Assembly (NCBI RefSeq): GCF_009914755.1
Contig: NC_060925.1
Source of the DNA: the human T2T-CHM13v2.0 reference genome, Homo sapiens
Length of the DNA: 64,000 nucleotides
Strand: one strand, 5' to 3'
Shown here: piece by piece, positions 36,660 through 49,599 of the stretch
Layout: each line of letters begins with the position of its first letter
How positions within the stretch are numbered: position 1 is the first letter of the stretch
Notes under the pieces: generated by a model
Seen by the model: only the letters and a program-made list of their open reading frames with translations
What the model was told of the DNA's origin: nothing
Databases searched by the model: none
Made by a program: the position numbers and the translations under genes

Positions 36660-37415
36660 TTTTTCCTGTTTCTTTTTCCTCAACTTTTACTTTGGATTCA
36701 GGAGGTCCATGTTCAAGTTTCTACCTGAGTATACTGTGTGATGCTAAAGACTGTATTACGAATGATTTCATTACCCAGGTACTGAGGACAGTACCCAATG
36801 GCTAATTTTTCAACCCTTTCCTTTCCCCTAGTTTCCCAGTTTTTGTGGTTGTGATCTGTATGTCCATGAGTACCCAATGTTTAACACCCAGTTATAAGTG
36901 AGAACACGTGGCATTTGGTTTTCTCTTCCTGTGTTAATTTGCTTACAATAATGGCCTCTGGATGCATCTATATTGCTGCCAAGGGCCTGATTTTGTTCTT
37001 TTATATGGCTGCATAGTATTCCATTGTGTACATGGACAACATTTATCCAATCCACCATTGATGGCAAGTAGGATGATTCCATGTCTTCGCTATTGTGAAT
37101 AATGCTATTATGAATATGACAGTCCATGTGTGTTTTTGGTAGAATGATTTGTTTTCTTTTGCAAATAAACCCAGTAATGGGATAGCTGGGTGGAATGTTA
37201 GCCCTGTTTTAAATTTTTTGAGAAATCTTCAAACTCCTTTTCACAGTGGCTGAACTGATTTCCATTCCCTTCAACAGTGTATAAGCATTCCCCTTTCTTT
37301 GTAGCCTTGGCAGGATCTTTTGTTTCTGGACTTTTTAATACTAGCCATTCTGAAGGGTCTGACACGATATATCATAGTGGTTTTGACATCCATTTCTCTG
37401 ATCATTAGCATGTTA
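36660..37415 (-). mobile_element. L1PB-like 3' portion
   Basis: ttttggattcaggaggtccatgttcaagtt...; ORF2 end on minus. Confidence 0.85.
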
Positions 37416-37424
37416 CTCTGATGA

Positions 37425-38462
37425 AAGGATAGTACTGGCACTAAAACAGACACATAGATCAATGGAACAGAATAGAGAACCCAGAAATAAAGCTGCCCAC
37501 CTATAGCCATTAAGTCTTTGACAAAGGCGACAAAATAAGCAATGAGGAAATGATCCTCTATTGAATAAATGGTGCTGGTGTAGCTGGCTAGCCACATGTA
37601 GAAGAATGAAACTGGATGCATATCTTTCACAATATACAAAAACCAACTCAATGTGGATTAAAGATTTAAATGTAAGACCTCAAACTGTTAGATTTCTAAA
37701 AGAAAGCCTAGAAAACACCATTCTAGATATCGGCATTGGGAAAGAATTTATGACTAAGTCTTCTAAAGCAATTGCAACAAAAACAAAAATTGACAGATAG
37801 AACCTAATTAAACTACAGAAAATTTGCACAACAAAAGAAACTATCAACAGAGCAAACAGACAACCTACACAATGGGAGAAAATATTTACAAACTATGCAT
37901 CTGACAGAAGTATAATATCCAAAATCTGTAGGAACTTAAGCAATTTATCAGGCATAAAAATAACCCCTTTAAAAATTGTCAAAAGACATAGCCACTTATT
38001 CAAAGAAGACATACAAGCAGCCAACAAACATATAAAAAAGTGTTCCACATTACTATCACAGAAATGCAAATCAAAATCACAGTGAAATATCATGTTACAT
38101 CAATCAGAATGGCTATTAAAAGGTCCAAAACAAACCAATATTGGCAATGCTGCTGGGAAAAGGGAATATTTATATAACACTAGTGGGGATGTAAACTAGT
38201 TCAACTACTGTGGAAAGAGGCAGTTTGGAGATGTCTCAAAAAACTTAAAACAAAGCTACTATTCCACCCAGCAATCCCATTATTGAGTTTATATAATAAC
38301 TCATAATATCAAATAGCAAAGACATGGAATCTACCTAGGTGCCCATCAATGTTGGACTAGATAAAGAAAATGTGGTACATATACACCATGGAATACTACA
38401 CAAACATTAAAAAAATGAGATCATGTCCTTTGAAGGAATATAAAGGGAGCTGGAATTTATAT
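37425..38462 (+). mobile_element. L1PB-like ORF2 3' portion lacking a 3' UTR
   Basis: [24 protein letters not shown]...; ends abruptly against an MLT2 fragment. Confidence 0.85.
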
Positions 38463-38464
38463 CC

Positions 38465-38665
38465 TGGGCTTTCTTGGTTCTTAGTTCATTAGACTCAGGA
38501 ATATACTATCAGTTTTCCTGCGTCTCCAGCTGGCTGACTGCTGATCTTGAATTTTTGGCCTTCATTATCATGTGAGCCAGTTTTTAAAAGGAAACTATTA
38601 TGTGTATATACATGTGTATAACTTCCTATTGATTCTGTGCCTCTGGAGAACACAGACTAATGCAA
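38465..38665 (+). mobile_element. MLT2C/D-type LTR 3' fragment
   Basis: cattatcatgtgagccagtt...cctattgattctgtgcctctggagaacacagactaat. Confidence 0.7.
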
Positions 38666-39199
38666 TACTTACGCGTCAGGTATAGTAATCGGAGTGTCTC
38701 AATTCAGCAGATGATTCTTACCTAGTACACTGCACCCTGGCTGAGCTTAAAGTTCAACTTTGTTCCTCCAGCACTGTGAGGGCTCTGAAATCTCATTTTG
38801 GCTTTCCAGCTTCACAGATAAGTATTCTGAAATTAGTCTTCTTGAGTATTGCAGATAGGGGTTTTGCAAGTTGTTAAAATACCTAAGAAAAATAATTATG
38901 CATATTTTACAGGATTTCTTTTTGATACTACCTTCTTTCCAGAGATCTACAGTCAGGTTTTAGTCATTTGTACAACCCAAACTATGACCACATTCTCCTC
39001 TACCCAGTGAGACATCTACTCTTTTTTTTTTTTTTTCACTATTTCCTTGTGCCACTGTTCAAACCTACACCTGAGCAAATGGGATTTCCCGGTTGAAATC
39101 GACTGTTAATTAGCTAGATAGTTAAATGAATATACAAATCATTTTATAGCCCTGCATATTAATTGGTCAATTATCAAAGTAAAAAAGATATGACCTTTA

Positions 39200-39860
39200 T
39201 GTGGTGAGAAATTTGGTCTTGACCAAAGAAAGACAGTTTTTGTCCTATGTCCTGGGAGGTAACTGCTACACCACACTGATAGGAGTATCTTTATTATTCT
39301 TAATGGGCCCCTTGACAATATCTAAAACTTATGCTAAGAAAGTGACTCATGGCGGGCCCCCAGAACATATAATGGCATCCTGACCTCTGTTACAGTGGGA
39401 GGTGCTGAAAACTGAGTTCAACCCTGTATGAAATGAATGAATTAAAACTATATAATAAAACCCCAGTAAAATCTCCAAACTTTAAAGCTTAAATTAGCTT
39501 CCCTTGTTGGCTATAGTCTATGCATATTTTAACACATTATGTCTGGAGAGAGAGAATACTGTCCATGACTTCATGAGGATCGAACAACCATAATTCCACG
39601 TTTGGTCTCTTCCCAGACTCCTATGTATTTATCCCTTTGGATGGTTCTAATTGGTATCCTTTCTCTGCAATAAATATATTCATGTGAACAATAGGTTTCA
39701 ATTAGTCCTGTGCATCATTATAGAAAATTATCAAATCTGAGTGTGGCTTAAGGAATCCCAAATTTTTATTTGCTGTCAACAATCTTGAACAGATTTAGAA
39801 GTTTGGCTCTCTTCAGGTAATGGGTCAGAATGTTGTAGCAGTACATACCATCAATTTTAA
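39200..39860 (+). mobile_element. MER21/MER77-type LTR
   Basis: tgtggtgagaaatttggtctt...tcctgggaggtaact...taataaaaccccagtaaaatct...gaaaattatcaaatctgag. Confidence 0.65.
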
Positions 39861-41677
39861 GATTAAAATAATTGCAGAGGATTTTTGATATCAATTCTAC
39901 TTTGTAAAGAGTTTGGATATCATCATTTCCATCTTTACAACAGGAAAATATCAAAGAAAATACAAAGAAAAAATCAAAACTTTTATTGGATCCATCAGAA
40001 TATTGATGTTGCAGGGCTTACCACCACCATAAAATCTAGAGAGACAGGAGGCTACACTTATTCATAAAGTATTCTTAACAGGAGCAGAAACCAGTATATA
40101 ACCATAAACAAATGAAAAGTTAAGTGATTATTTTTATAAGTCACTGGATACTCAGTGTGAACTAGCATGAAAGTTAGAAACTCCTAGAAAGTACAATCTT
40201 AGGGGTGCTCATGTATTCACTATGATTACTTCAAGAATCTGAAGATGTTCTCATGGTGAAGAGCCAAGGAAAATCATCTCATAACTATAGAAAAGGAAGC
40301 AGAAAAGTAATCACTTATTGAAATATTCCCAGAGCATTCTCTATAACAAAGGCCTTTACTTCAGGGGAAAAGAATACTAATGACTGACAATTCCTCAACA
40401 TTATTAGCAGACACTAAACTACAGACTGACAGACTTCAGAAAACATCATACAAGAGGTTTAACACACATTTAAACAAACAAACAAAACAACAACAAAAAT
40501 TTAAACAAAAAAAAATCACCTACTCATACAATATTCAAACTGCAGAACACTAAAAACAAAAAGATTCTAGAAAAAAGCTAGACTAGCAAAAATCCAAAAA
40601 TATTTTACCTATAGAGGAAGAAGTGTAAGAATTACAACAGACATCATTGGAAACCATGCAACAAGAACAGAGTGGAGTGACATATTTTAAGTTTTGGAAG
40701 AAAAATTTTGAATTGTTTATGTCAAGAAATTATCTTTCAATAGTGAAAGATAATTTTTATTTGTATTAGTATTTATTTTTTAAGGACCAGCTTATCTGGA
40801 TTTATTAACGTTAGGTAACAATAATTTAAACAATAAATTATTTATTTATTATTTATTTATTTATTTATTTACTATTTATTTATTATTATTTATTTATTTA
40901 ATTAAATAATAATTATTTATTATTATTTAAATAATTATTTAAATAATAAAAAAGGTCTCATATTACAGGAATTTAAAAATTGGCTGTTTCTACAATAAAT
41001 GATGAAGAAATCTAACAATAGAATAGAACAGTAGTCAAACAGCTAATATAGAATACAATCAATTAATAAATGGGGCCAAAAGACCAATGTATCTCATGTC
41101 ATCTTTCATGCAATCTCAGAGGATTCTTTTCAAACATAAAGGCAGATTAATTCAAATTAGCCAAATAAAGATTATCCATTTTTATTTAGACGTCCTTCTG
41201 AAATTAATATTTGAATGGAAAATGTATTAATAAGTCATACAACATTAGTTTCCTACTGAAGTTTTAGACTCTACAAGATGATGCTCAGATTCAGACAAAT
41301 GCTAGAATTGTAAGATACTATTGGGTGATTATTTCAAAGTATGGAATACAAGTAAAATCTAAAAGGACATCTATAATAAAAAAATTTCTAATTTAAAAGA
41401 CATGTAAATTAGACATGTAAAATGACATGTAAATTAGTAAATATAAATTAATTAACTCAATGGTAACTGACAGATCTGTGAATCAGTAAGGACTTAGTTG
41501 TCTTGAACTGTACTATCAATCAAATTAATCTAAAAAATTATTAAATATTAAATATTCCATCCAACAGCAACTGAAAGTATATTCTTCTCAAATTTATATT
41601 GAATGTTCTTCAAGATAGACCACATTCTGGGACACAAGACAGAACTTGAACAAATTAAAAATAATAGAAGTTGACAA

Positions 41678-42305
41678 TGTTAAGTTTTGCCTGAGCCCAG
41701 TGGTACTAGAAAACAGTGACGATCAATACTCTCCCACCTCTACCCTTTGTTGTCACTGGTAATGAATTACTGCAAAAGAAACACCTTTCCCCATCTCATG
41801 AAGGTAAAATGTATAGAGGTCCCCTTGTTTACATATAAAAGGCAAGACAAAACCCTCCAGATTTCTATCTTCACATCAAAAATTGTTACCTGAACTTTTT
41901 CTTTGATCAATCAGAACAAAATGCATGCTCATCAAAACTTTTTTGAGTTTTGCTTCATCTGCCAGGCCCCTGAAATGTGTCTCGTTCTCTATATCAGCCA
42001 GCCTACAAGGCATTTTCAGTGGCCTTTCCTGAGTACAGACTGAAGTCAAGATAAAACATTAACTGTTGTCTGATCTCTCCATCCTAGCTCATACCCCTTC
42101 CTCACAGGAGGTCTTTTCTAGCCTTGTTTACTGCTCCTTATACAGAGAAATCCCTTCTGTACTTAACATTTGAGACTTGAAGACCGCATAGTCTGCAGCT
42201 ATATCTTCCCACTCTCCCTTTGCAATAGGCCCTTTCCCCCATTGCAATGATTCTTTCAAATAAAATCTCACCTAACCTAAGTCCAGATCTGTTTCTCTTT
42301 TGACA
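41678..42305 (+). mobile_element. ERV1 solo LTR (MER34/MER39-like)
   Basis: TG...CA termini (tgttaagttttgcctgagccc ... tctttcaaataaaatctc...cttttgaca); interrupts continuous L1 ORF2 sequence. Confidence 0.7.
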
Positions 42306-43240
42306 AATTATACAAAGTGTATTGTCAAACCACAATTAAACTATAAATCAATAACAAAAAGTGACTTCAAAAAATCTCCAAATGTTTTGAGATTAAACAT
42401 CACAATTCTAAATAACACATGCATCAAAGAAGTCTCAAGTGAAATTTAAAACACACGTTGAGCTAAAAGAGAATGAAATGACAACATATCAAAATGTGTG
42501 GGTGCAGAGAAAGCAGTACTTAGAGTAAAATCTGTGAACACATAATTGAAAAGAGGAAAGATGTTAAATCAATAATCCGAGCTGGAGAGAAAGAGGAAAA
42601 AAAATAGCAATTTAAGCCTCTAGCAAGCAGATTAAAAGAATTAAAAAAAAGAGCAGAACTCAATGAAAATAAAAACAGGAAAGCAATAGAGAAAATCAGT
42701 GAAATTAAAATATTAATAAAATTGATAAGGCTCTAACCAGACTAACCAACATACAAAGAGAAGAAACAAATTAACAATGCCATAAATTAAAGAGATGTCA
42801 TCACCTTTCAGCTCATTGATATTAAAATAATATTAATAGACTACTATGAGCAATGAAAATAGATGAACTGATTGAATTAGGTACAAAACTACCAGAACAC
42901 ACACAAAGAAAAACAGATAACCCAAACATATTGGTATTTATGAAAGAAACTGAATCAATAACTAATAACCCTCCAAAAAAGGAAAGCAAAAGTCTCAGAT
43001 GGTTTCACTGGTGAATTCTACCAAACATTTAGGGAAGTAATTATGTTAGCTTTAGCATCCATTCCAAAATATAAAGCACATGGAGAACTTACTAACTCAT
43101 TCTATGAGATCACCATTATGGTAATACCGAAATCAGATAAAGGAATTTCAATAAATAAAAACTACAGATCAATGTCTTTAATTAACATAGATGCAAAAGT
43201 GCACAATAAAATGTGAGCATGTATTATTCAACAATATATA

Positions 43241-43554
<314 letters not shown>

Positions 43555-44084
43555 TTACAGAAGCACAAGTAGGTAGGTGCCGAAGATATGAGAGAAGGAT
43601 TTAGTGTTTAGTGGGTATAGAGTTTCTATTTTGCAAGATGAAAAAGTTCTAGGGGTGTATTACATGAGCATGTGACTATACTTAACACTACTGAACTATA
43701 CATTTAAAAAATAGTTAAGACGGTAAATGTAATGTTATGTTATTTTTACCACTACACACACACACACGCACACAGACCAAGTGGAATTTATTCTAGGTAT
43801 CACAAGCCTGGGTCAAAATTTGAGAATCAAATAATATAATCCACTACATCAACTGAATAAAAAAAAGTTATATAATTGTATCAATTAAGGCCAAAAAGGC
43901 ATTTCACATAATTCAACACCTATTCATGATTTAAAAAAAAATTATAGCTAACTAGAAATACAGGATAACTTCCTAGAGTTGATAGAAAACAAAACAAAAT
44001 AAAATATCTATAATAAAAACTGCAGCTAAGATCATACTTAATCTTGAGGAACTGAAGGCTATGAGCCTAAGATAAGATATAAGG

Positions 44085-44427
44085 TACTGTGGACTAAAGA
44101 TATGTGCTCTCCTAAAATTCATCTGTTGAAGCCTTAAGCCCCAGTGTGATGGTATTTGGAGGTGGGGCCTAATTAGACTTAGAAGAAGTCACGAAGGTCG
44201 AGTCCCCATGATGCCTTAGTGCCTTTCTAAGAAGGTGTAGAGACCAGAGCTCTGTGTCTCAGCTTTATTAGGATTCGGCAAGAAGGTGGCTCTCTGCAAA
44301 CCAGGACACTTATCAGACACTGACTTTGCAGACACCTTGATTTTAGATTTCCCAGTTCCAGAACTGTGAAATACATTTTTACGTTACCCACTGTGTGATA
44401 TTTTGTTAGGCAGCCTAAACTAAGACA
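44085..44427 (+). mobile_element. MLT1A0-like LTR
   Basis: ctcctaaaattcatctgttgaagcc...gtgatggtatttggaggtggggcc...gcagcctaaactaagaca. Confidence 0.85.
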
Positions 44428-46197
44428 TAAGAGAAGGATGGCCTCTCTCACCATTTCTAACCAACGTCTTACTAGATTTTTTTAGTGTGATAGAAAAGAA
44501 AAGGAAATAAATGGTACACAGATTGAGAGGAAGAAATAAAACTCTTTTATTCTTACCTGACATACTTTTCTATGTAAAAATCCCAAAAATCAACACAAAA
44601 TCCTCTTTGAAATAATAAGCAAATATAGAAAGGTCACAAGATTAATAAAAAGATAATTGCTTTTCTATATATAAGCAACTAACAATTTGAATTTTATATT
44701 AAAATACTATTTATAATCAGACCCAAATCTGAGCAAAATGGGCCTGGAGCATCTGATAGTGCCAGAAAGTTAGGGGACAATAAAAAAAATCTATAGGGGT
44801 ATTACAAAGGGACACAGTAACCAACTGAAATATCTCCCAGTGGTCAAACCTGGAAAATTTGAACCAAATAAATAAGGTAGTTCTGGATTATAATGCAAAG
44901 TATACAATAAATATTCATAAGTCTATACTAATATAAATAAATAAATGCTGAATAAGTAAACAAGTGGAAGAGAATAGACAGATATCCCATGCTGAAGAAT
45001 TTAAAACAATCCTAAATAGATACTCCATTCTTTAGGACAGGAAGCAAAACACCCCTTTCTTTTGGTGTGGGTTACACAGTTACTTCCTTCCAAAATATAC
45101 AGTATATAAAATGGGAAGAAAGAGAATCTTTATAATGCGGAAACATAATAACCACTACCTTAACCAGGTGATCAAGGATAACATCAATTGTGATAAGGCA
45201 TGTAGATACTATGCACCCTTGATATAATTTACTAAAAATGGAACTTTACCTCTGTGGTCTTCCTACTAACAATCCCAAAATCCTTTCTAATTTAGGGGAA
45301 ATTACACAAATCCTAACTGATGACTTTGTTTAAAAAATATCTCAGCAGTAATAAAATATACATTTACAGTTATATATATATATATATATAACCTGAAAAT
45401 CAGCCACAGCCAAGAAGAACCTAAAGATATAAGACAATTAAATGTAATGTGATATCCTGGATAGGATCCTGAAGCAAAAAAAGTAAGCATGCTAGTTGGC
45501 AATAATGTATTTATGTTGACTGGTTAATTATCTCAAAATTACTATGCTGGCTTAAGAGATTAATAAGAGGAGAAACAGGATGGACAATGTCCATGGTAAC
45601 TGTGAACTTTCTTTATAATTTTTCTATAATTCCAAAAGTGTTCTTAAAAACACAGTTTTCTACATTGCAATTTTTGCCTTTTCAGGTTTATATCTTCAGC
45701 CATTCTCATTCCTAAATATTTCAATATAATTTATTATATCCAAGATGAAAAAAAGGAGAAGAATAATCATTAGGTACATTGGCTGCTCCGAGTTACATAT
45801 AGCATGATAAAATATATTCATCTAATAATTATCATATCAAGTTTTTAATTTCCATTTTAAGATAACTACAACTAATCATTTTAGATTGCATAATATATAC
45901 ATATTTTAAAAATTCTTTATGGGCAATTTTTTGTTATACATATATAAAATTCTAAGAACTTAGAACAGTGCCTTCCATATGAATATTTGTGAATAAGTAA
46001 TTGTATTATTTTTTAACCAAAACCATAGTAGTTATTATAAGAGATTATCACTCATGGTTATTACTTTCATTATTTTAATATATATGATAATACATATATA
46101 ACTATTTCTAAAGATTAAACTTACAAAATTTAAAAAATAATAATCTTTAATTTTATTTTCATCATCTCACTTAACTCGTGATGCTTTATTCAATTAC

Positions 46198-46668
46198 CTT
46201 ATAATAAAACACACACAACTCAAAGAGAAAATAACTAGAAATATTAAGTATTAATCACAACAAAAACTTGTAATGGAATCATCTACATGAAACGACATGC
46301 TCTTTAAGCTGCTGCAAGAATTTCTTTGAGAAGTCTTAGGTTATTTTCTCAAGAGGAGGCAAATGCTTTTATCCTTTTAGTAATTACTTGATATTTTCAC
46401 AGAGGGTTATTATACTGATCATAGGTAATACATCACCAGGCTCTTAGAGGCTGTAAAATTTATGAGAGATGTATTTGTCAAATTCTGTGAAGGCACTCTG
46501 CGGCTTCTTATTCAGGATTAGTTTTGCTGGAAGTCCAGATGACAGAGGCCATTTAATAAACTCTTTGCTGCTAGACAAAATGATATCCTACTGGTACCAT
46601 CTGGATATATGTTGGAATCAAGTTTAGCTCTACCGGTAGAAACAAGAGTTGAGCCAGTGAATAGCCTC
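46198..46668 (-). pseudogene. Gene B large exon remnant (3' boundary uncertain: 46388 or 46198)
   Basis: aacgtttctatatag| phase 1, matching; GYSLAQLLFLPVELNLIPTYIQMVPV / DIILSSSKEFIKWPLSSGLPAKLILNKKPQSAFTEFDKYISHKFYSL*EPGDVLPMISIITLCENIK ... FHYKFLL*LILNISSYFLFELCVFYYK|gtaatt. Confidence 0.62.
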
Positions 46669-46865
46669 CTATATAGAAACGTTTAAATAAAGGTGATTAA
46701 TCAGCATGCCAGTTGACTGGTTGTAATGTAATTCATGATTTGATAGGACAGAGACTTTAATAAGAGAATATTTTAGTAATAATTTTTTTTCAAAACTCTT
46801 GGAAAGTAAAATAAGTATTTTAAACTTTTCCATTTTACCTAATAAACAGTCATCCTAACAATTAC

Positions 46866-46960
46866 CTTTCTTGTTCTGCATAGATTACAGTCCTATATAA
46901 TTTCATGAATTTAAATCCACAGGCCTAGGGTCATTTATGCAATCATTCAGTCTTTGTTTC
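46866..46960 (-). pseudogene. Gene B exon remnant (phase 2 to 1)
   Basis: tactctgtttcctag| KQRLNDCINDPRPVDLNS*NYIGL*SMQNKK G|gtaatt. Confidence 0.72.
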
Positions 46961-48015
46961 CTAGGAAACAGAGTAGTCAAGAGATGGAAAATGGCCACCC
47001 ACTTTCTTTGCCTCTATTATTTGATCCTGCACTAATCCATGAAATTTATAAGATTCTTTATTTTTTTACTGCTCATATTTGGCTGTGGTTTTAAGACTGG
47101 TTTAGATTCTCATTTTTATTTGATATTTTATTCAATTTTAAAATAGTTGCTCATGATATTAAAATGATAATTCTTCATTAATTTATATTGAAATTCTAAA
47201 TATGATTGTAGAAGAAATGAACAGTACTATCACATATTTTGTGAAAATTGGTAGGTGATAAAAATATCTAGAGAGGGAGGTATGAGAAATTACTTTCTGA
47301 AAAAATGTATTCCAATATTGATTTTCATATAATATATATTTTTAAATATGTTATTGAAATTACAGAGTTGTGGAAATTTATAAAATATCTCATTGGGGAT
47401 AAGCTATATTTATATATACATATGACTGCTCATAATCATAATGGACCATAATATTTAGTAAAAAAAAAAAAGCTTGACTTTGATGTTCTTTTTTCATATA
47501 TTTTAGATTTTAGTGTTTACATATATTCTTGACCATTTTGAAAAGAACAATTTACACAGAAATAAACTGCAGATGAGTAGTTATGTAACATTAACTCTAC
47601 CTAGAAAGCTCGTTCTAAAGATTTCAGATTATAATTCCACTATCATCTTTATCTAACGTACTATAGAGCATACACTTTTTAAAATTGTTCGCCAGTTTCA
47701 AAATACAGTGGAGAAAAAATGCAATTTCTTGCAAGATATAACCTGAAGGCTAGAAACTGATAATTTTGAAAGGTATCCTGGCCCCTTATTCTGCAGTATA
47801 CAATGTTCTGTCCAAGAGGACAAATTTGGATTTCTAGTTAGACAGTAAATAATGCAGTTTGAGGAAAAATTATTTGCTATGCAGATATTATCTGTTTAAT
47901 TTGTCTTAAAACTGACAGGCTCTGAATAATTGGTACAATTTCCATAAGCCATTGATTAAGAAAAGACAGCATTATCTTATGTAAAACTGTGGGTAATGGT
48001 ATGTGGAATTCTTAC

Positions 48016-48086
48016 CTTGCATCAATCCAATAAAACAGAGGATTCCGCAATGCATCATTTGGACATGTATTCTGCTTGTATTTTAC
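48016..48086 (-). pseudogene. Gene B exon remnant (phase 0 to 2, open)
   Basis: aaatagttttag| VKYKQNTCPNDALRNPLFYWIDA AG|gtaaga. Confidence 0.72.
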
Positions 48087-48567
48087 CTAAAACTATTTAA
48101 TATACATATTAGTCTTTCTATTCAAGAACATACTAAACTATTTAGGGAAGAACATTTATTTCCGCTTCTCTGAATTTCCCTTCTTTGCCTACAAACATGA
48201 GCAACAAATAATATATACTTAACAGAAACTATTTTGGTGGGATTATTTATGGAGTGACATTGTAAAAATGTTGTACATATGATATTTTTGATGAAGCTAA
48301 TCACACTGCTGGCTTGTAAATATTTACTCATTATAAATTTATATGAATAAAATAATTTGGAAGTTTTTTAGGAGAGACTATTTCTTTGTACTACATAAAA
48401 TTATAGAATTAAATGTTTCTTATTTTAAAAATACTGTTAAAGCAAAGAAGGAAAAGACACATTTTTACTTTGAATGCCTAGAATAGAACATCTTATTAAT
48501 TTTCAACTTAACTTTTACAAACAGAAAATTACAAGTAATCTGTAGCTGGGTTAAAATTAGCACTTAC

Positions 48568-48650
48568 AGAAATAATAGAATAATGTGTTCCTAAAGATTT
48601 TATGCATAGGTGTTTGGAAAATAATTTCAGAATATAGCTTTCAGCATTAA
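48568..48650 (-). pseudogene. Gene B exon remnant (phase 1 to 0, open)
   Basis: tgtctattctatgtag| NAESYILKLFSKHLCIKSLGTHYSIIS |gtaagt. Confidence 0.7.
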
Positions 48651-49599
48651 CTACATAGAATAGACATATAATTTTAAATAAATACAAAAGAAATAACTGT
48701 GGGTTTTCCTTCATTAAACATAATCAAGTTCAGGTAGAAATGCATTTTACCTAATGATTATTGAAAGTGTACGCTATTAAAAATTGTGGATAACTAACAT
48801 TCTGCTGACATATTTCATATATTTTTATTGCAGAGATTATTTTACATAGATTTTTCTCCCTTCACTTATTTAAAAATTTATATTGTGAAATATATTTTAA
48901 TTTACAGAAGAGTTTCATGCATACTACCAAGAGTTCCTATATAGCTTTAATCCCACTTCCTCTATTATCATCTTACATAGCTATGGTATATTTATCAAAA
49001 CTAAGAAGTTGACATTGATATAATACTAATAATCAAACTATAGGCTGTATTATAATTTTAGTTATTTATGCATGGGTTTAAGTCCATATATGCACATAGA
49101 TCTGTTTTTATTTCTGTATCTATCACTCTCTGTACATATATATTACATTAAACATGTGCTCATTTGGAGCTCTTCAATCCTAATCCAGAAACACAAGGTT
49201 CATTCTAGTCATCTTTCTTGCTTATTTGTCATTTCTTTCTCTAAGAGTGAGGAACTTGCCTCATATTATGATCATTTACATTTACTTCTTTGTCCATTCA
49301 TTATATACATGTGAAGTAGTTTCATAATTACAAACACATACACCCGCAATAAACAAATTAACCAACTAAAGTACCATGTTTACAAACAAATACTCCTGTC
49401 TTGTAACTTATAATATTCATCTAGCATAAACACTGTTTTACAAACTTAAAGTCAGCGCTTTTTTACCAAAACCTTCCAGAAGTTTGTCATATGTTTGTAA
49501 TAAAGTTAGATTTTTTTCATAGTCTGCATTCATTCCTGAATTCCCACAATATGCTTATTTTTATACAAATTATTTTTATGACTTGAAACTTAATTTTTA

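Noticed and set aside
40830-40950. AT-only stretch as a regulatory element
   Set aside because: Simple (TTTA/TTA)n expansion inside an old L1.
46388-46960. Resemblance of gene B peptides to GREB1 or to a RhoGEF DH domain (SLAQLLFLPV..IPTY)
   Set aside because: Single short motifs that do not extend to neighbouring exons, whereas RGS-like patterns recur across the gene.
48134-48188. Extra gene B exon (tttgtag|GCAAAG...TTA|gtatgt)
   Set aside because: It would leave a 47-bp intron, and the flanking exons already join in phase without it.
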